From Mobula hypostoma (lineage: Eukaryota): a stretch of 64,000 bases of DNA. Location of the stretch: positions 210,740,001-210,804,000 of the forward strand of contig NC_086097.1 in assembly GCF_963921235.1 (NCBI RefSeq), in the 5' to 3' direction. Positions within the stretch are counted from its first letter, which is position 1, and every line of letters starts with the position of its first letter. Shown piece by piece: positions 26,601 to 39,700 of the stretch. A model generated the notes under the pieces. It was given only the letters and a program-made list of their open reading frames with translations, was not told the DNA's origin and made no database searches. The position numbers were made by a program, and so were the translations under genes.

Positions 26601-29047
26601 GAGAGTAGTGAACATGTGGAACGTTCTGCCACAGACTGCAGTGGAGGTCAAATCCGTTGTTATATTTAAAGTGGAAGTTACTAGTTTCCTGATTGGTCAG
26701 GGCATCAAAGGATATGATGAGAAGGCCAGGTGTAGGGGGTTGAGTGGGATCCGGGATGAGCCATGATGGAATGGCAGAGCAGACTTGATGGGCTGAATGG
26801 CCTAATTCTGTTCCTATGTCTTATCGTCTTAAGATAATAGCTGGGAGCTTAATGTCCAAGGATACACATTGTACTGAAGAGACAGGTAGGTAGGAAGAGG
26901 AGGTGGGTGGCTCTATCTGGAAAAAAATGCAATCAAATCATTGGAAAGATTTAGGTTTAGGGTTAGGGTTCTGACATAGGATCAGAAGGTGTTGAATTAT
27001 TATGCGTAGAGCTAAGGAACAGCAAGGGGAAAAAGACCCTGATTGGAATTATATATAGAACCCTGAACAGTAGTAGTAAAGATATAGTCTGCAAATTACA
27101 ATGGGAGATTGAAAGTGCATGTCTAAAGCGCAAAGTTATGATAGTCATGCGGGATTTCAATATGCAAGCAGATTGGGAAATTAGACAGGTGCTGGATCCC
27201 AATAGGGGGATTATGTAGAATGCCCATGAGATGGATTTTTAGTGCAGCTTGTGTTGAGCCCACTAGGGGATCAGCTATTCTGAATTAGGTGTTGTGCAAT
27301 GAGCCGAAATTAATTAGAAAGCTTAAGGTAAAGGGACCCTTAGGGAACAATGATCATAATATGATTGAAATCACCCTGCGAGAGGGGGGAAGCTAAGTCA
27401 GATGTATCATTATTACAATGGAATTACAGAGGCATGAGAAAGGAACTGGCCAAAATTGATTGGAAAGGAACACCAGCAGGGATGATGGCAGAGCAGCAAT
27501 GGCTGAAATTTCTGGAAACAAATTGGAAGGTGTAGGATATATATCCCAGCGTTCTGATTGAAATGACTGAAGAAATTGCAGAGGCAATAGACTCTGGCAT
27601 GATTCTGGAGGACTGGAAAATTGCAAATGTCACTCCATTCTTCAAGAAGGGAGAGAAGCCGAAGGAAATAAATTATAGGTCATTTAGTCTGGCATCAGTG
27701 GTTGGCTCGATGTTAGAGTCAATTGTTAAGGACATGCTTCTAGTGGTACTTGGAGGCACATGATAAAATAGGCCATAGTTAGCATGGTTTCCTTAAGGGA
27801 AAATCTTGCCTGACAACACTGTTGGAATTCTTTAAATAAACAACAAGCAGGATAGACACAGGAGAATCGGTAAATGTTGAGTACTCGAATTTTCAGACAT
27901 TTTTTTGACAAGGTGCTGCACATGATGCTGCCTAACAAGTTAAGAATCTATGGTATTACAGGAAAGATACTAGCATGGATAGAACTTTGGCTGACTGGCA
28001 GGAGGCAAAGAATGGGAATAAAGGGATCCTTTTCTGGTTGGCTGCCAGTGACTAGTGGTACTCCACAGAGGTCTGTTTTGGGACCACTTCTTTTTACGTT
28101 ATGTCAATGACTTGGATTATGGAATTGATGGCTTTGTGGCCAAGTCTGCGGACAATATGAAGTTAGGTGGAGGGGCAGGTAGTTCTGAGGAAGTAAAATG
28201 GCTACAGAAGGACTTAGATTAGGAGAAAGGGCAAAGAAGTGGCAGATAGAATACAGTGTTGAGAAGTGTATGAACATGCACTTTGGTAGAAGAAATTAAA
28301 ACACAAGAGTATTTTCTAAATGGAAAGAAAGTTAAAAAATTTGAGGTTCAAAGGGACTTGGGAGTCATCATGCAAGATTCCCTAAGAGTTAGTTTTCAGG
28401 TGAATCAGTGGTATGAAAGCCAAATGTGATGTTAGTATTCATTTCGAGAGGACTAGAATATATAAAGCAAGGATGTAATGTTGAGGCTTTGTAAAGCACT
28501 GGTGAGGCCTCACTTAGATTATTGTGAGCAGTTTTGGGCCTCTTATCTAAGAAAAGATGTACTAACCTTGGAGAGGGTTCAAAGGAGGTTCACGAAAATG
28601 ATACCAGGTTTGAAAGGCTTTGATGGCTCGAGGTCTGTACTCATTGGTATTCAGAAGAATGAGGGATGACCTTGTTGAAACCTACCAAATGTTGAAAGGC
28701 CTTGATAGAGTGGATGTGGAGAGGATGTGGAGTGGATGTGCGAGTTTAAGACCAGAAGACACATCCTTAGAATAGAAAGGTGTCCTTTTAGAAAGGAGAT
28801 GAAGAGGAATTTCTCGAGCCAGAAAGTGGTGAATTTATGGTATTTGTTTCCACATGTGGCTGTGGAGGCCAAGTCATTGGGTATATCTAAGGCAAAGGTT
28901 GAAAAGTTTTTGATTAGTCAGGGCTTGAAGGGATATAAGGAAAAGGCAGGAGATTGGGTCTGAGAAGGAAAATGGATCGGACATGATGAAATGGTGGACC
29001 AGACTCGATGGGCCAAGTGGCCTAATTCTGCTCCTATGTGGTCTTAT
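23650..29047 (+). mobile_element. Near full-length decayed CR1 (5' UTR, ORF1 with SGNH/esterase-like domain, APE, RT) containing a second CR1 at ~25110-26830
   Basis: ORF1 pieces CCLPVTRVKDVLDWIHGVLKGEGEQ and MNAWLRNYCRGQGFRFMDHWD...GLCLNPRGTNILA. The APE is broken at ~25105 and resumes at ~26831. RT LEDWKIANVTPFFKKG...LVRPHLDYCEQFW. The inner copy has its own ORF1 piece, RT end and tail. Confidence 0.85.
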
Positions 29048-29919
29048 AACCCGTAATGAATTATGTAAACAACAAAGAATGCTTAATCAAACTATATATT
29101 TACAATATTACTCAAATGTTATTGAAATATTAAACAAACTACAACTGTGAATGTCTGCATGAAAATGAATTACAGGGTTGTTTCTTATGACGTATATGTA
29201 TTTTGATAATAAATTTACTTTGAACTTTGAATCTGGAATCAAAACTAGAAATGTTGGTGAAATATCATCAACCTTCAGTGTAACTCTGCTTCTATCTCCA
29301 TAGAGATTGACTGACCTGCTGAAGTGCTACCAGCACTTTCTGCCTTTATTTTAGATCAAGTAGTTTTACTTAAAAGTAACATGAGCCAAGTAATTACTTT
29401 TACAAAATTACTTTTATATTTGAAATTGCACAGAAATAATTACATTTTAATTTAAATATTTTAATAAATAATGAAAACTGAAATAGACCTGACCAAAAGG
29501 GCTGACAACTTTAATGAATAAAAAGTCAAGCTATGTAGGAAAACAAAATGCCTACTCAAAACTGCCTGCTTTAGCTGAGGTGGTTGTTCAAAGTGGAGCT
29601 GAAGTAGAATTGTTGGAAACTAATGAAGCTCCTATAATTGCATTTGAAACTGATGCTACTGTCATAGGGGAAGTCATGAAAAATGAATCGTGACTGGAGG
29701 AAATGTCACTTATACCGACCTATGAAAGAGTTACTTTAAATATTTATGGCTTGATGCATATTACAATAAGATATTTTAGGTCAGAATGCCTGTTAGGGAT
29801 CATTGAAATGAACACTTTACCAATACAACAGAAATTAAGTGTCAGCTGAGTTTTACACAATGCATTTTCATTTTCAGTAGCTTTTGCCCAAGCCTTGGTG
29901 TATATTCCCCACATAAATC

Positions 29920-30195
29920 ACTTAAGGTGATTGAAAGAAAGTATAGGTGGGACATCAGAGGTAGTTTTTTTACACACAGAGTGGAGGGTGCATGGAATTG
30001 ACTGCCAGATATGCTGGCAGAGGTAGATACATTGGGGACATTTAAGAGACTTAGAAAGACACATGGATGAATGAAAAATGGAGGTCTATATGGGAGGGAA
30101 GCATTGGAATGATCATGGGACAGGTTTAATGATTGGCACAATATCATGGACTGGAGGTCCTGTACTGCGTTGTACTGTTCTGTGCTCTGTGTTAT
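29920..30195 (+). mobile_element. CR1 3' fragment
   Basis: tttttacacacagagtggagggtgcatggaa followed by a CR1 3' UTR and tail. Confidence 0.75.
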
Positions 30196-30616
30196 ACATA
30201 ATATCTCCTAAACACAAATGCCAAGTCTATGAAAGAAACAATTTATATCCACGTAGTAGCCTTCTTGCTTGAAGGATATCCTACAGCCAGTCTTATGCTT
30301 TAACCTTTATTGAATGCTCTGCTGCAGACAAAAATTGCCCAAACCTATTTTACACAAGGCAAAATCTGAAAAGTAACAAATTACATAAACTGTTAAGTAA
30401 CATAATCTACCCTTTGCTTTTGATTGAAAGTGGAAAAGTTGTCAGGACACGGTGAATTCTTCCTGTTTTACTTTGTCTATGTTATGAGGCCCCTAATGCC
30501 ACCTGTAGCTGAGAAGTTATGGCTTTCATTTCTAAAATCAGAAGGTCAAGTACAATAAAAAAAACCTTTGAGCTCAAAGATCTAGGCTGGGGCACTAGGA
30601 CTAAGCAGAAGATATG

Positions 30617-30822
30617 TAGCACACACAGAATGCTGGAGGAACTCAGCAGGTCAGGTAGCAACCATGGAGGGAAATATACAGTCAACGTTTCAGGCTGAGG
30701 AAATGTCTGTCTCTCAGCCCAAAATGCTGATGATTTATTTGCCTCCTTAGATGCTACCTGACTTGCTGAGTTACTCCTGTATCTTGTGTGTATTGCTTAA
30801 GATTTCCAGCATCTGCAGTCTC
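30617..30822. mobile_element. Palindromic Penelope pLTR-derived mini-element
   Basis: Two inverted pLTR halves (acacacagaatgctggaggaactcagcaggtcagg ... cctgacttgctgagttactcctgtatcttgtgtg), same architecture as 52642-52863. Confidence 0.75.
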
Positions 30823-30839
30823 TTTTCTGTCAGAAGATA

Positions 30840-31184
30840 CGAGGGGTGATTGATAAGTTCGTGGCCTAAGGTAGAAGGAGATGAGTTACACAGCTCTCGT
30901 TACATGCACGTGAAGTTCAACACTTTGAGTGATTATGCAGAAAGTTTGAAGTTAATAACTCATCTCCTTCTACCTTAGGCCATAAACGTATCAATCACCC
31001 CTGCTGTGGACCACTTTCTGGAGGTCCGAGACGCTGACTTCTACAAAGGAGGTATCCCTATGCTCCACAACCGCTAGACTAAGTGTGTAAATGTAGGCGG
31101 GGACTATATTGAAAAATAAATGTGCTAGGTTTTCTAAAATTGACTCCTTCTACCTTAGGCCACAAACTTATCAATCACCCCTCG
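30840..31184 (+). mobile_element. Non-autonomous mariner element with an extra internal TIR
   Basis: About 41-bp TIRs CGAGGGGTGATTGATAAGTTCGTGGCCTAAGGTAGAAGGAG with TA on both sides (30838-39, 31185-86). Third TIR at 30964-31002. Mariner C-terminus FYKGGIPMLHNR*TKCVNVGGDYIEK*. Confidence 0.9.
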
Positions 31185-32931
31185 TATGTAGTTCAGTTGG
31201 AAGTATTAATAAGTCCTTAATCCAATTCACTGCATATTTACTCAGGAATTTTCACTGATCATTAGATTTTATTTGTGCGTTTTGTAAGAAGAATTGTGGA
31301 ACTAGATTATGGGTGCAAATTTAATCATAGATGTTCAAACACAAATCTGGAGGGATGCCTGTGAATTTGAAAAGCTGCAATAATACAGGAACAAAATTAG
31401 GCCTTTTGGCCTTTCAAGTTTGCTCCACTATTTCATCATGGCTGATCCATTTTCGCTGTTAATCCCATTTTCCTGCCTTCTCCTCGTAACCTCTTCTGTC
31501 CTCTCTGGCTAAAGAAATCCCTCTGCATCTCCAATCTAAATGCCTGATGTAGTGTGTGAGGGAAGAGAAGTGGGTGTAGTTACTGTTACGAGAGAGAAGG
31601 TGCTCAAAAAGCTGAAAGACATAAAGGTACATAAGTCACCCAGACCAGAGGAACTGCACCCCAGGGTTCTGAAAGAGGGAGCATTAGAAATTGTGGTGGC
31701 ATTAGAAATGAACTTTCAAAAATCATTGGACTCTGTGTCATGGTGCTAGAGGACTGGAAAATTGCAAATGTAACTCCAATCTTTAAGAAAGGAGGAAGGC
31801 AGAAGAAAGGGAATTATAGACCAATTAGCCTGACCTCAGTGGTTGGAAAGATGTTGGAGCCAATTGTTAAGGATGAGGTCTCAGGGTACCTGAAGGCAGA
31901 TGATAAAATAGGCCAAAGTCAGGATGGTTTCCTTAAGGGAAAATCTAGTCTGATAAATCTCTTGGAATTCTTTGAGAAAATAATGAGCAGGACAGACAAA
32001 GGAGAGTCAGTGGACATTGTCAAGGCCTTTGTCAAGGTGCCTCACAAGAGGCTGCTAAACAAGATAAGAGCCCATGTTATTTCAGGAAAAAATACAGCAT
32101 GGATAGAAGATTAGCTGATTGCCAGGAAGAAAAGTGGGAAGAATGAGAGCCTTTTCTGATTGGCTGCCAGTGACTAGAGGTGTTCCGTAGATGTTGGTGT
32201 TAGGATTGCTTCATTTTGTGTTAAATATCAAAGATTTTGGATGTATCATCTTGCCTTTAGAATACTTCTTCTTTGGAATGTATCTCTCCTTCGCCTTCCG
32301 AACTTCTCCCAGAAACTTCACCTGTTCTGCCATCATCCCTGCTGGTGTTCCCTTCTGATCAACATTGGCCAACTACTCTTTCATGCCTCTATAATTCCCT
32401 TTGTTCCACTGTAATTCCGACTTTAGCTTCTCTGTCTCAAATTGCAGGGTGAAACCTATCATATTATGATTACTGCCTCCTCGGGGTTCCTTTACTTCAA
32501 TTTCCCGAAATCAAATCCAGTTCATTACATAACACCTAATCCAGAATAGCCTTTCTCCTGGTGGGATCAACCATAAGCTGCTCTAAAAAGCCATTTTATA
32601 GGCATTGTACAAATTCTCTCTCTTGGTATCCAGCTCCAAACTGATTTTCCCAATCTATCTGCATATTGAAATCACCAAAGTTTATTGTACCATTGTCCTT
32701 TTGACATGTCTTTTCTATCTTCCATTGTAATTTGTACCCTACATCCTGACTGCTGTTCAGAACCCAGTATATAACTCCCATCAGGGTCTTTCTACACTTG
32801 CAGTTCCTTAACTCTACCCACACTGATTCTACATTTTCCTATCCTATCTCACCTCTTCCTAAGGATTATGAAAGGAGCCACTCCACTCTCTCTTTCTCCC
32901 TGCCTGTCCTTTTGATACAATGTGTATCAAT

Positions 32932-33595
32932 GAGGGAGGGAGGAGAAGATGGCAGCACGATGCAGCGCGCGTGGCCGTTCCGAATGCTATTGATATGTTT
33001 TAACTAGGGGGCCATGCACAATCCTGATTTGATGGAGACAGCTGTGAGAAGCATGGAGGAACACCTGGAGAAACTTCTGAAATGCCCGCTTTGCAGCCGC
33101 TGCGACTGTGCAATCGAGAATCTCCGGAGGGGAAGGCCCCAAATCCTCGGGTTTGCCTATTGCCTGTTGCCAGGGCCGGGGTTGAAGTGCTCGGCAGAGG
33201 TAGTGCTCGATGCTCGGAGTCGGAGAGCTGGTCGGAGGCTTGGAGTTTTCGGACGGACTCGGAGTCGGACTGTGGTGAGATGCTTCCAGGATGCTGCATC
33301 GGCAAGTTTGCAGTGCTTGAGGTTCAACATCTGCGTGAGATGATGGGACTTTTGAGAGACTTTGAGACCTTTACCGTGCCCATAGTCTGTTCTTATCAAA
33401 TTACGGTATTGCTTTGCACTGTTGTAACTATATGTTATAATTATGTGGTTTTTGTCAGTTTTTAACTTGGTTTGTCATGTGTTTCTGTGATATCATTCTG
33501 GAAAAACATTGTATCATTTCTTAATGCATGCATTACTAAATGACAATAAAAGACTGTGTGTCCTCATAAATTAATCTAATGTAATCTAATCTAAT
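32932..33595 (+). mobile_element. Non-coding, non-autonomous retroelement with (AATCT)n tail inserted in the CR1 APE
   Basis: CpG-rich body starting gagggaggagaagatggc. AATAAA followed by taatctaatgtaatctaatctaat. The CR1 sequence is continuous across it. Confidence 0.7.
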
Positions 33596-34986
33596 ACTAG
33601 GATGTTAAGATTGTAATTACAATCTCCTTGCAGCTGTCACTTAGTGATGCCCACAACATCATACTTGCCAGTCTCTGAGTGTGCTCTAAGATGATCTATC
33701 TGGTTTGTATACTGCATGCATTCAAATATAACACCTTCAATCCTGCAGTATATTCGTCTCCCTTTTCAATATTGTCCCCATATTACACTGCAACTCATCC
33801 CACTGATTGCAATTTTGCCCTATCATCCTGCCTGTCCTTCCTGACAGTCTCAATACACAATGCATCTGCTTGTACACCAACTGCCCCATTCTCAGCCCTA
33901 TCACTCCAGTTCCTATACCCTGGGTAAATTAGTTTAAATCCTCGCCAACAGCTTTTGCAAACCTGCCCACAAAGATATTGATCCCCCGCAAGTTCAGATA
34001 TAACCTGTCCTTTTTGTACAGGTCATACCTTCCCCAGAATGGATCCCAAAAATCCATAAATCTGAAGCCCTGCCTCCTACATCAGTTCCTCAGCCACACA
34101 TTCATCTGCCAAATCAGCCTATTCTTACCCTCACTGGTGCACAGTACAGGCAGCAATCCTGATATTCTGCTCTACAGTTTTCTACTAAACTCCCTAATTT
34201 TTTCTTCAGGACCTCCTCCCTTTTCCTACCTATGTTATTGGTGCCAATATCAATCAGGATTTCTGGCTGCTCATCCTCTTGAGAATTCCGTGGGCTTATT
34301 CCGACAGGTCCCTGACCTTGACACCTGGGAGGAAACATACCATCCAGGTGTCTCCATTACATCCACAAAATATTGATTCTACTCCTCTCTCAATGGAATC
34401 CTCTATCACTACTGCACTCCTCTTCTCCTCTTCCTTCTGAGGCATAGATTCAGACTCAGTCCCAGACACCTAGTCGCTGTGTCTCCCCCTGGAAGATATC
34501 CCTCTCAACAGAATCAAAAACGGTATACTTATTATTGAAGGGAAAGACCACAAGGGTACTCTGCATTGGCTGCCTATCTGCTTTCCCTCTCACCCAGGTA
34601 GGTACCTGCCTCCTGCAGCTTAGTGGTGACTACCTCCCTGTAGCTCCTATCTATCACCTCCTCATTTTCCCATATGAGCTGAAAGCTCTAGTTCCTTAAC
34701 ATGTTCTCTGAGGAGCTGTAGCTTTGTGTACCTGGTACAGTTGTGGTTATCTGGACGCTGGAGGTCACCCAGAATTCCCACATCTCACACAAAGAACACA
34801 ATGCAACTCCTGGAGTGAATCTCAGTGCACTAACAGATGAAGAATTAAGAAGAAACTTACCTCACCCAAGCCTATTGAGCCTAAGCCTCCCCACTCTAAA
34901 ACTTGACCACTCCAACAACGGCCACTCTGCTTGTCCCTATCTTATTTTTCCTATTTTTATTTGCTTTTGCTAACAGATCATGATAC

Positions 34987-35360
34987 AATTGGGCAGCTGG
35001 AAAAAGCCAAAAAGCCCGCAAACACTGCTTTTTAATCACTTGCCGTCACCTCTGTGGAGCCTCCTCTGTCAATTTGATTTGGTTGCCAGAAAAAGCCAAA
35101 GTCCTATGAACACTGCTTTCTAAATTCACTCCCCATTATGTATGGAGCCTCCACTGTCGATTGGATTGGGTCACCAGAAAGAGTGGAAAGCTCGCAAACA
35201 CTACTTTTTAAATTGCTTGCCTCTACCTGTGTGGAGCCTCCTCTTCGATCTGATTAGGTTGCTGGAAAAAGCTGAAAGCCTGCGAAGTCTACTTTTTAAT
35301 TCGTTCGCCTCTACCTGCGTGGAGCCTCTACCGTCGATATGATTGGGCCACCGGAGAAAC
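34987..35360 (-). repeat. About 88-bp tandem monomer array (4 full units plus a partial) at a CR1 5' end
   Basis: Repeated unit attgg...gaaaaagc.gaaagcccgc.aacactgctttttaa...tggagcctcc.ctgtcgat, directly upstream of the minus-strand ORF1. Confidence 0.8.
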
Positions 35361-36461
35361 CCCTGGAAGTTTGGATTGGACTTAGACAAAGGTCAAAGCT
35401 AACCAAAAACGTAAAGTTAAATAACAAAGAAGCCCATGCACTTACTACTATGTGAGAAGTAAGGAGCTGGAAGAATCTTAAGCAGGTGGTTTGCAAAAGC
35501 AGAAAGAAGATTCTGTTCCCAGAACACAAATAAGTTCTCCTTGTAGCCATACGTGAATAGTAACGTAATTGTAATAGAAAAATAAATGACAATTCTTTTT
35601 TGTTTGTTATTCTTATGATACTCACAAACCTCAAAACAATTAGGATTTTATTTGATAAGTCCACAAAGCTAACAACATAAACTATTTCTAAACTGCAGAA
35701 TAGAACTGAAATTGAACATCTAACTTCAGACTAAACTAAAGATGCCGATGGGGAATGAGTTCTGTTATCTGTTGGGCCTGAAAGATTGACTGTTTATTCA
35801 TTTCCATAGATGCTGCCATACCTCCTGAGTTCCTTGAGCATTTGGTATTTGCTACTCTGGATTTCCACCATCAGCAGAATATCTTGTGTTTATTATCTGT
35901 TGGGTTTATTCCCATCCTCTGGTGTAACTTTTCAAAATGACTGAAGAGAATGCCGAAACATCTGGTCTTTCACTGACACTTTCTGTTAAAGTCCGTTCTG
36001 TTGCCTTTACATCCCTGATTTACCAAATCTCTTGTTAATTCCAAGGAGAAGAGCTATCTTTTTTAGTAAGTTGATGTCACTGGTGGTATTTCCAAGAAAT
36101 TGTCATAAATTGGGTCACTTTACCTTTGTTAAACAGATTGATTTAAACAAAATTTAAGGGCAACATGCATTTCTTTGGCATTTGCATCTGTTAACTATTG
36201 AAGAAAACTTTGCATAGATGTATATTTTTAAGCTGCTGATAACAGCACAGTTATATAAACTCATGATTCAATCCATGTTTGTTCATTCATTAATTATAAT
36301 AGATTGTCATGGGCTGGGTTCTTGAGCAGAATGAGGCAGTTAAGAAGTTGAAGGCAAATTATGTAGTTAACGAGAGTGAGTTTAGTATCCAGGCCAGGCA
36401 GGAGGAGAACAAAGAGAACAGTATGGCCAGGGGTTTAATGGAGAGAGGAACACATCAGAGA

Positions 36462-36670
36462 AACACACACATAATGCTGGAGGAACTCAGCAGGCCATGT
36501 AGCACCTATAGAGAGGAATGAACAATTGATGTTTTGGGTCAAGACCCTTCATCAGGACTAGAAAAAGAAGGGGAAGGAGCCAGAATAAGAAGGTGGAGGG
36601 GTGATTAAGGAACGGAGTTCAAGCTGGCAGTTCAAAGGTGAAACTAGGTGAGGAGGAAGGTGGTGGGTAA
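36462..36670 (-). mobile_element. Penelope pseudo-LTR fragment with a decayed hammerhead
   Basis: Minus strand reads agtc-CTGATGA-agggtcttgaccc-AAAA-catcaatt. Confidence 0.75.
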
Positions 36671-37339
36671 GAGAATGGGACTGATTTCAGGTCAAGATTG
36701 CACTAGCAAACAATGATTGCTCGGGTGGACATCTTCCAGATGGTCAATTATTTCACCTTTTCTACACCACCCACTTATTCTTTTTACCATAATTATGTTT
36801 TGGAAACTGTTGGAGCCTGTGGCTTACAGTTTGGAGTTTAATCAAGTTATCTAGCACTCTGCTGTCTGCAAGAAAATTACAGGAGAGGACTGTGAGCACA
36901 AGGTGCCTTGAGCAGAAGACTAGAGAGGGGGCACAAAGTGTTGAGGAAGATTGAAACATTGAGGTGAATGCAGAGGAGGCCGGGCTGACAGAGGCTCTCT
37001 ATAAAGGCCGTGTCGGGCTGGTGGCCAGGAGGCTGCAGGTCGGCGGATGGAGGCTGCAGATTGGCTGTTGCTTGCCATGGAAAGACTGAATTCGAGCTGT
37101 CATCCTCCTCGATGCTGACGGAGGATATCTTTGAAATTCCAAGGCATATGTGATTATTGGTGTGTACTGTGGTTTATATGGTCTCCAGTTTTCTATGTTT
37201 TATTTCTTGTTGCCATTTTCCATGGTGTTGGGGATTTGGGGTCTGATGTTCTTCGTGTTTTTTTGTGTGGGCGATATATTAGTTTTTGTACTTGTACTAT
37301 TTTTAGCCACAGGTGAAGTTTCAAAGAACTGGAGGGAGA

Positions 37340-38950
37340 GCCTTTTTTGTACGGTTATTTAAAAGAGCAGCAAAACAAGCCAGGTAACTACAGGCCAGTG
37401 ACATCAGTGGTGAGTAAGTTACTGGAGAGGAATCTGAGGGACAGGATCTATTAATATTTACATAGATAAGGACTGACAAGGCATTGTTAGCATGGTTTTG
37501 TACATGGGACATCATGTTTTACAAACCTAATGGAGATTTTTTTTGGAGAAGTAACCAAAAAGATTGGTAAGGGCAGGCCTATGGACACTGTCTATATGTA
37601 TCTTAGCAAAGCTTTTGACACTGTACTGAGATCCAAGAAGAGGTAACTAATTGAATACATAATTGGCTTGATTAGGTGGGATTATGACTAAGATTCTGCA
37701 TAATCCTACAGATTATAACTGAATACTTTACACCACTGGTTCCTCAACCAAACATATATTATGTTCTGTTGGGATAGACTCCAGCTGATTCATGCTGGGA
37801 CCAGGGCCCTGGCAAATGACATAACTAGAGCTGTGGATAGAGCTTTAAAATAAATCTTGGGGAGGAAGTCAACATATTGGAAAAATGAAGCTAAAGTCCA
37901 AGGGAAGGAGGGTGCATATGGAATTCTCCAGAATAAAAAAAAGACAAAAAACTTTAGAAAGGGATAAGAATTTTTCTTCCAGTTACATTGGGGCAGAATT
38001 GAAATAGGTGATGAACACAAAACTGAAGGTGTTATATCTGAATGCACGCAGTTTACAAAATAAGGTAGATCATCTTGTAGATTGACAGGTATGACGTTGT
38101 GGGCATCACTGAGTTGTGACTAAAAGAAGATCAAAGTTGGGAGCTTAACATCCAAGGATACATATCGGACTGAAAGGACAGAGTGGTTGGAGTGGCTCTG
38201 CTGGTAACAAATGAAACCAAATACTTAGAAAGAAGTGATCAGAAGATGTAGAATCCTTGTAGATAGAGTTAAGAAACTGCAAGGGCAGCAAATTCTTGAT
38301 GAGAGTTTTATACAGGCCTCTGAACAGTAACCAGTATGTGGGATTCAAATTATAATTGGAGAAAGAGATGGCATTATGGGGGAGTTCACTGTGAAGATAG
38401 ATTTCCATTCTTCAGCTCCTTTTTGGCTGCCTTGTAACTCTCTAGACTCCTGTCTGATCCTTGCTTCCTAAACCTTAAGTAAGCCTCTTTCTTCCTCTTG
38501 ACTAGCGTGTTTCCTTCACTCTACCATCCTCTTTCTACCTCAATGGGACAAACCTATCCAGAACCCCATGCAATTGCTCCCTAAACAGCTTCTACATTTC
38601 TGTTGTGTATTTCCCTGAGTACATGCATTCCCAGTTTATGCTCCCAAGCTCCTGGCTAACAGCATCATAATTCCTCCTCTTCCTATTAAAGTACTTTGCC
38701 ATACTGTCATCCCTTACCCCTATCTTGGGCTATAGTGAAGGTCAGTGAGTTTGCCACTGTCACCCACTGAGAGATCTGACCTGGTTCATTGCCGAGAACT
38801 CAATCCAGAAAGGCTCTCCTCTCGTCGACCTATCTAAAAATTTGTGTCAAGAATCCTTACAGAAGTGTATAAAATCATGAGAGGCATTGGGAAAAAATTC
38901 AAAAGAGACTTAAGGGGCAATTTCTTCACATGGAGGATGGGGAATACATG
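37340..38950. mobile_element. Jumbled CR1 fragments on both strands
   Basis: RT piece (catggttttg...gcaaagcttttgaca), APE start (LYLNARSLQNKVD), a minus-strand mid-ORF2 piece and a 3' piece. Confidence 0.65.
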
Positions 38951-39290
38951 GAACAAGCCTACTCAATCTCTCCCGATAACTGAAGCCCTCCAATCCCAGC
39001 AGTATTCTTGCGATTCATTTCTGCACTTTCTCTGACTCAATCTCATCCTGCCTGTCATGTAGTGACTATAAATGATGAATAATGTTGTTTTCTCTCCATG
39101 GAGCATATTTATAACTTCTTCCTCAGAGATCAAGAATTATGAGAATTGTTAAAAGTGAAGTAAATTCCTTTCCATCTTAATAATTTAAGCAGGAGATAAC
39201 CTGATCATAAATCTGAAAAGGAAGCTCATTGAGGAGGAAGAAGGGTACTATAGCCCACAACCAGAGAACTAAAGTAAACCAGGAAGCAGT

Positions 39291-39700
39291 CTAGAGCGTA
39301 GAAGAATGAGGGGAGATTTGATAGAGGTATATAAAATTATGATGGGTATAGATAGAGTGAATAGAGTGAATGCAAGCAGGCTTTTTCCACTGAGGAAAGG
39401 GGATAAAAAAACAGAGGACATGGGTTAAGGGTGAAGGAGGAAAAGTTTAAAGGGAACATTAGGGGGGGCTTCTTCACACACAGAGTGGTGGGAGTGTGGA
39501 ATGAGCGGCCAGACGAGGTGGTAAATGCGGGTTCTTTTTTAACATTTAAGAATAAATTGGACAGATACATGGATGGGAGGTGTATGGAGGGATATGGTCC
39601 GTGTGCAGGTCAGTGGGACTAGGCAGAAAATGGTTCGGCACAGCCAAGAAGGGCCAAAAGGCCTGTTTCTGTGCTGTAGTTTTTCTACGGTTTCTATGGT
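39291..39700 (+). mobile_element. Young CR1 3' end
   Basis: LERRRMRGDLIEVYKIM...FFTHRVVGVWN; (ttctatgg)-type tail. Confidence 0.9.

Larger units (their letters stand above)
31385..35370 (-). mobile_element. Decayed CR1 (5' monomer array, ORF1, APE, 3' end) with a plus-strand RT segment at 31540-32245
   Basis: Minus strand: EQPEILIDIGTNNIGRK (ORF1), WVELRNCKCRKTLMGVIY...GDFN (APE) and a CR1 3' UTR at 31385-31530. Plus strand: LEDWKIANVTPIFKKG...NYRPISLTSVVGKMLE. Confidence 0.8.

Noticed and set aside
29047..29148. LTR end with actgt TSD bracketing the CR1 block
   Set aside because: The right side ends in ACA followed by actgt, but the left junction at 23647 lacks a TG terminus, so the boundaries cannot be supported.
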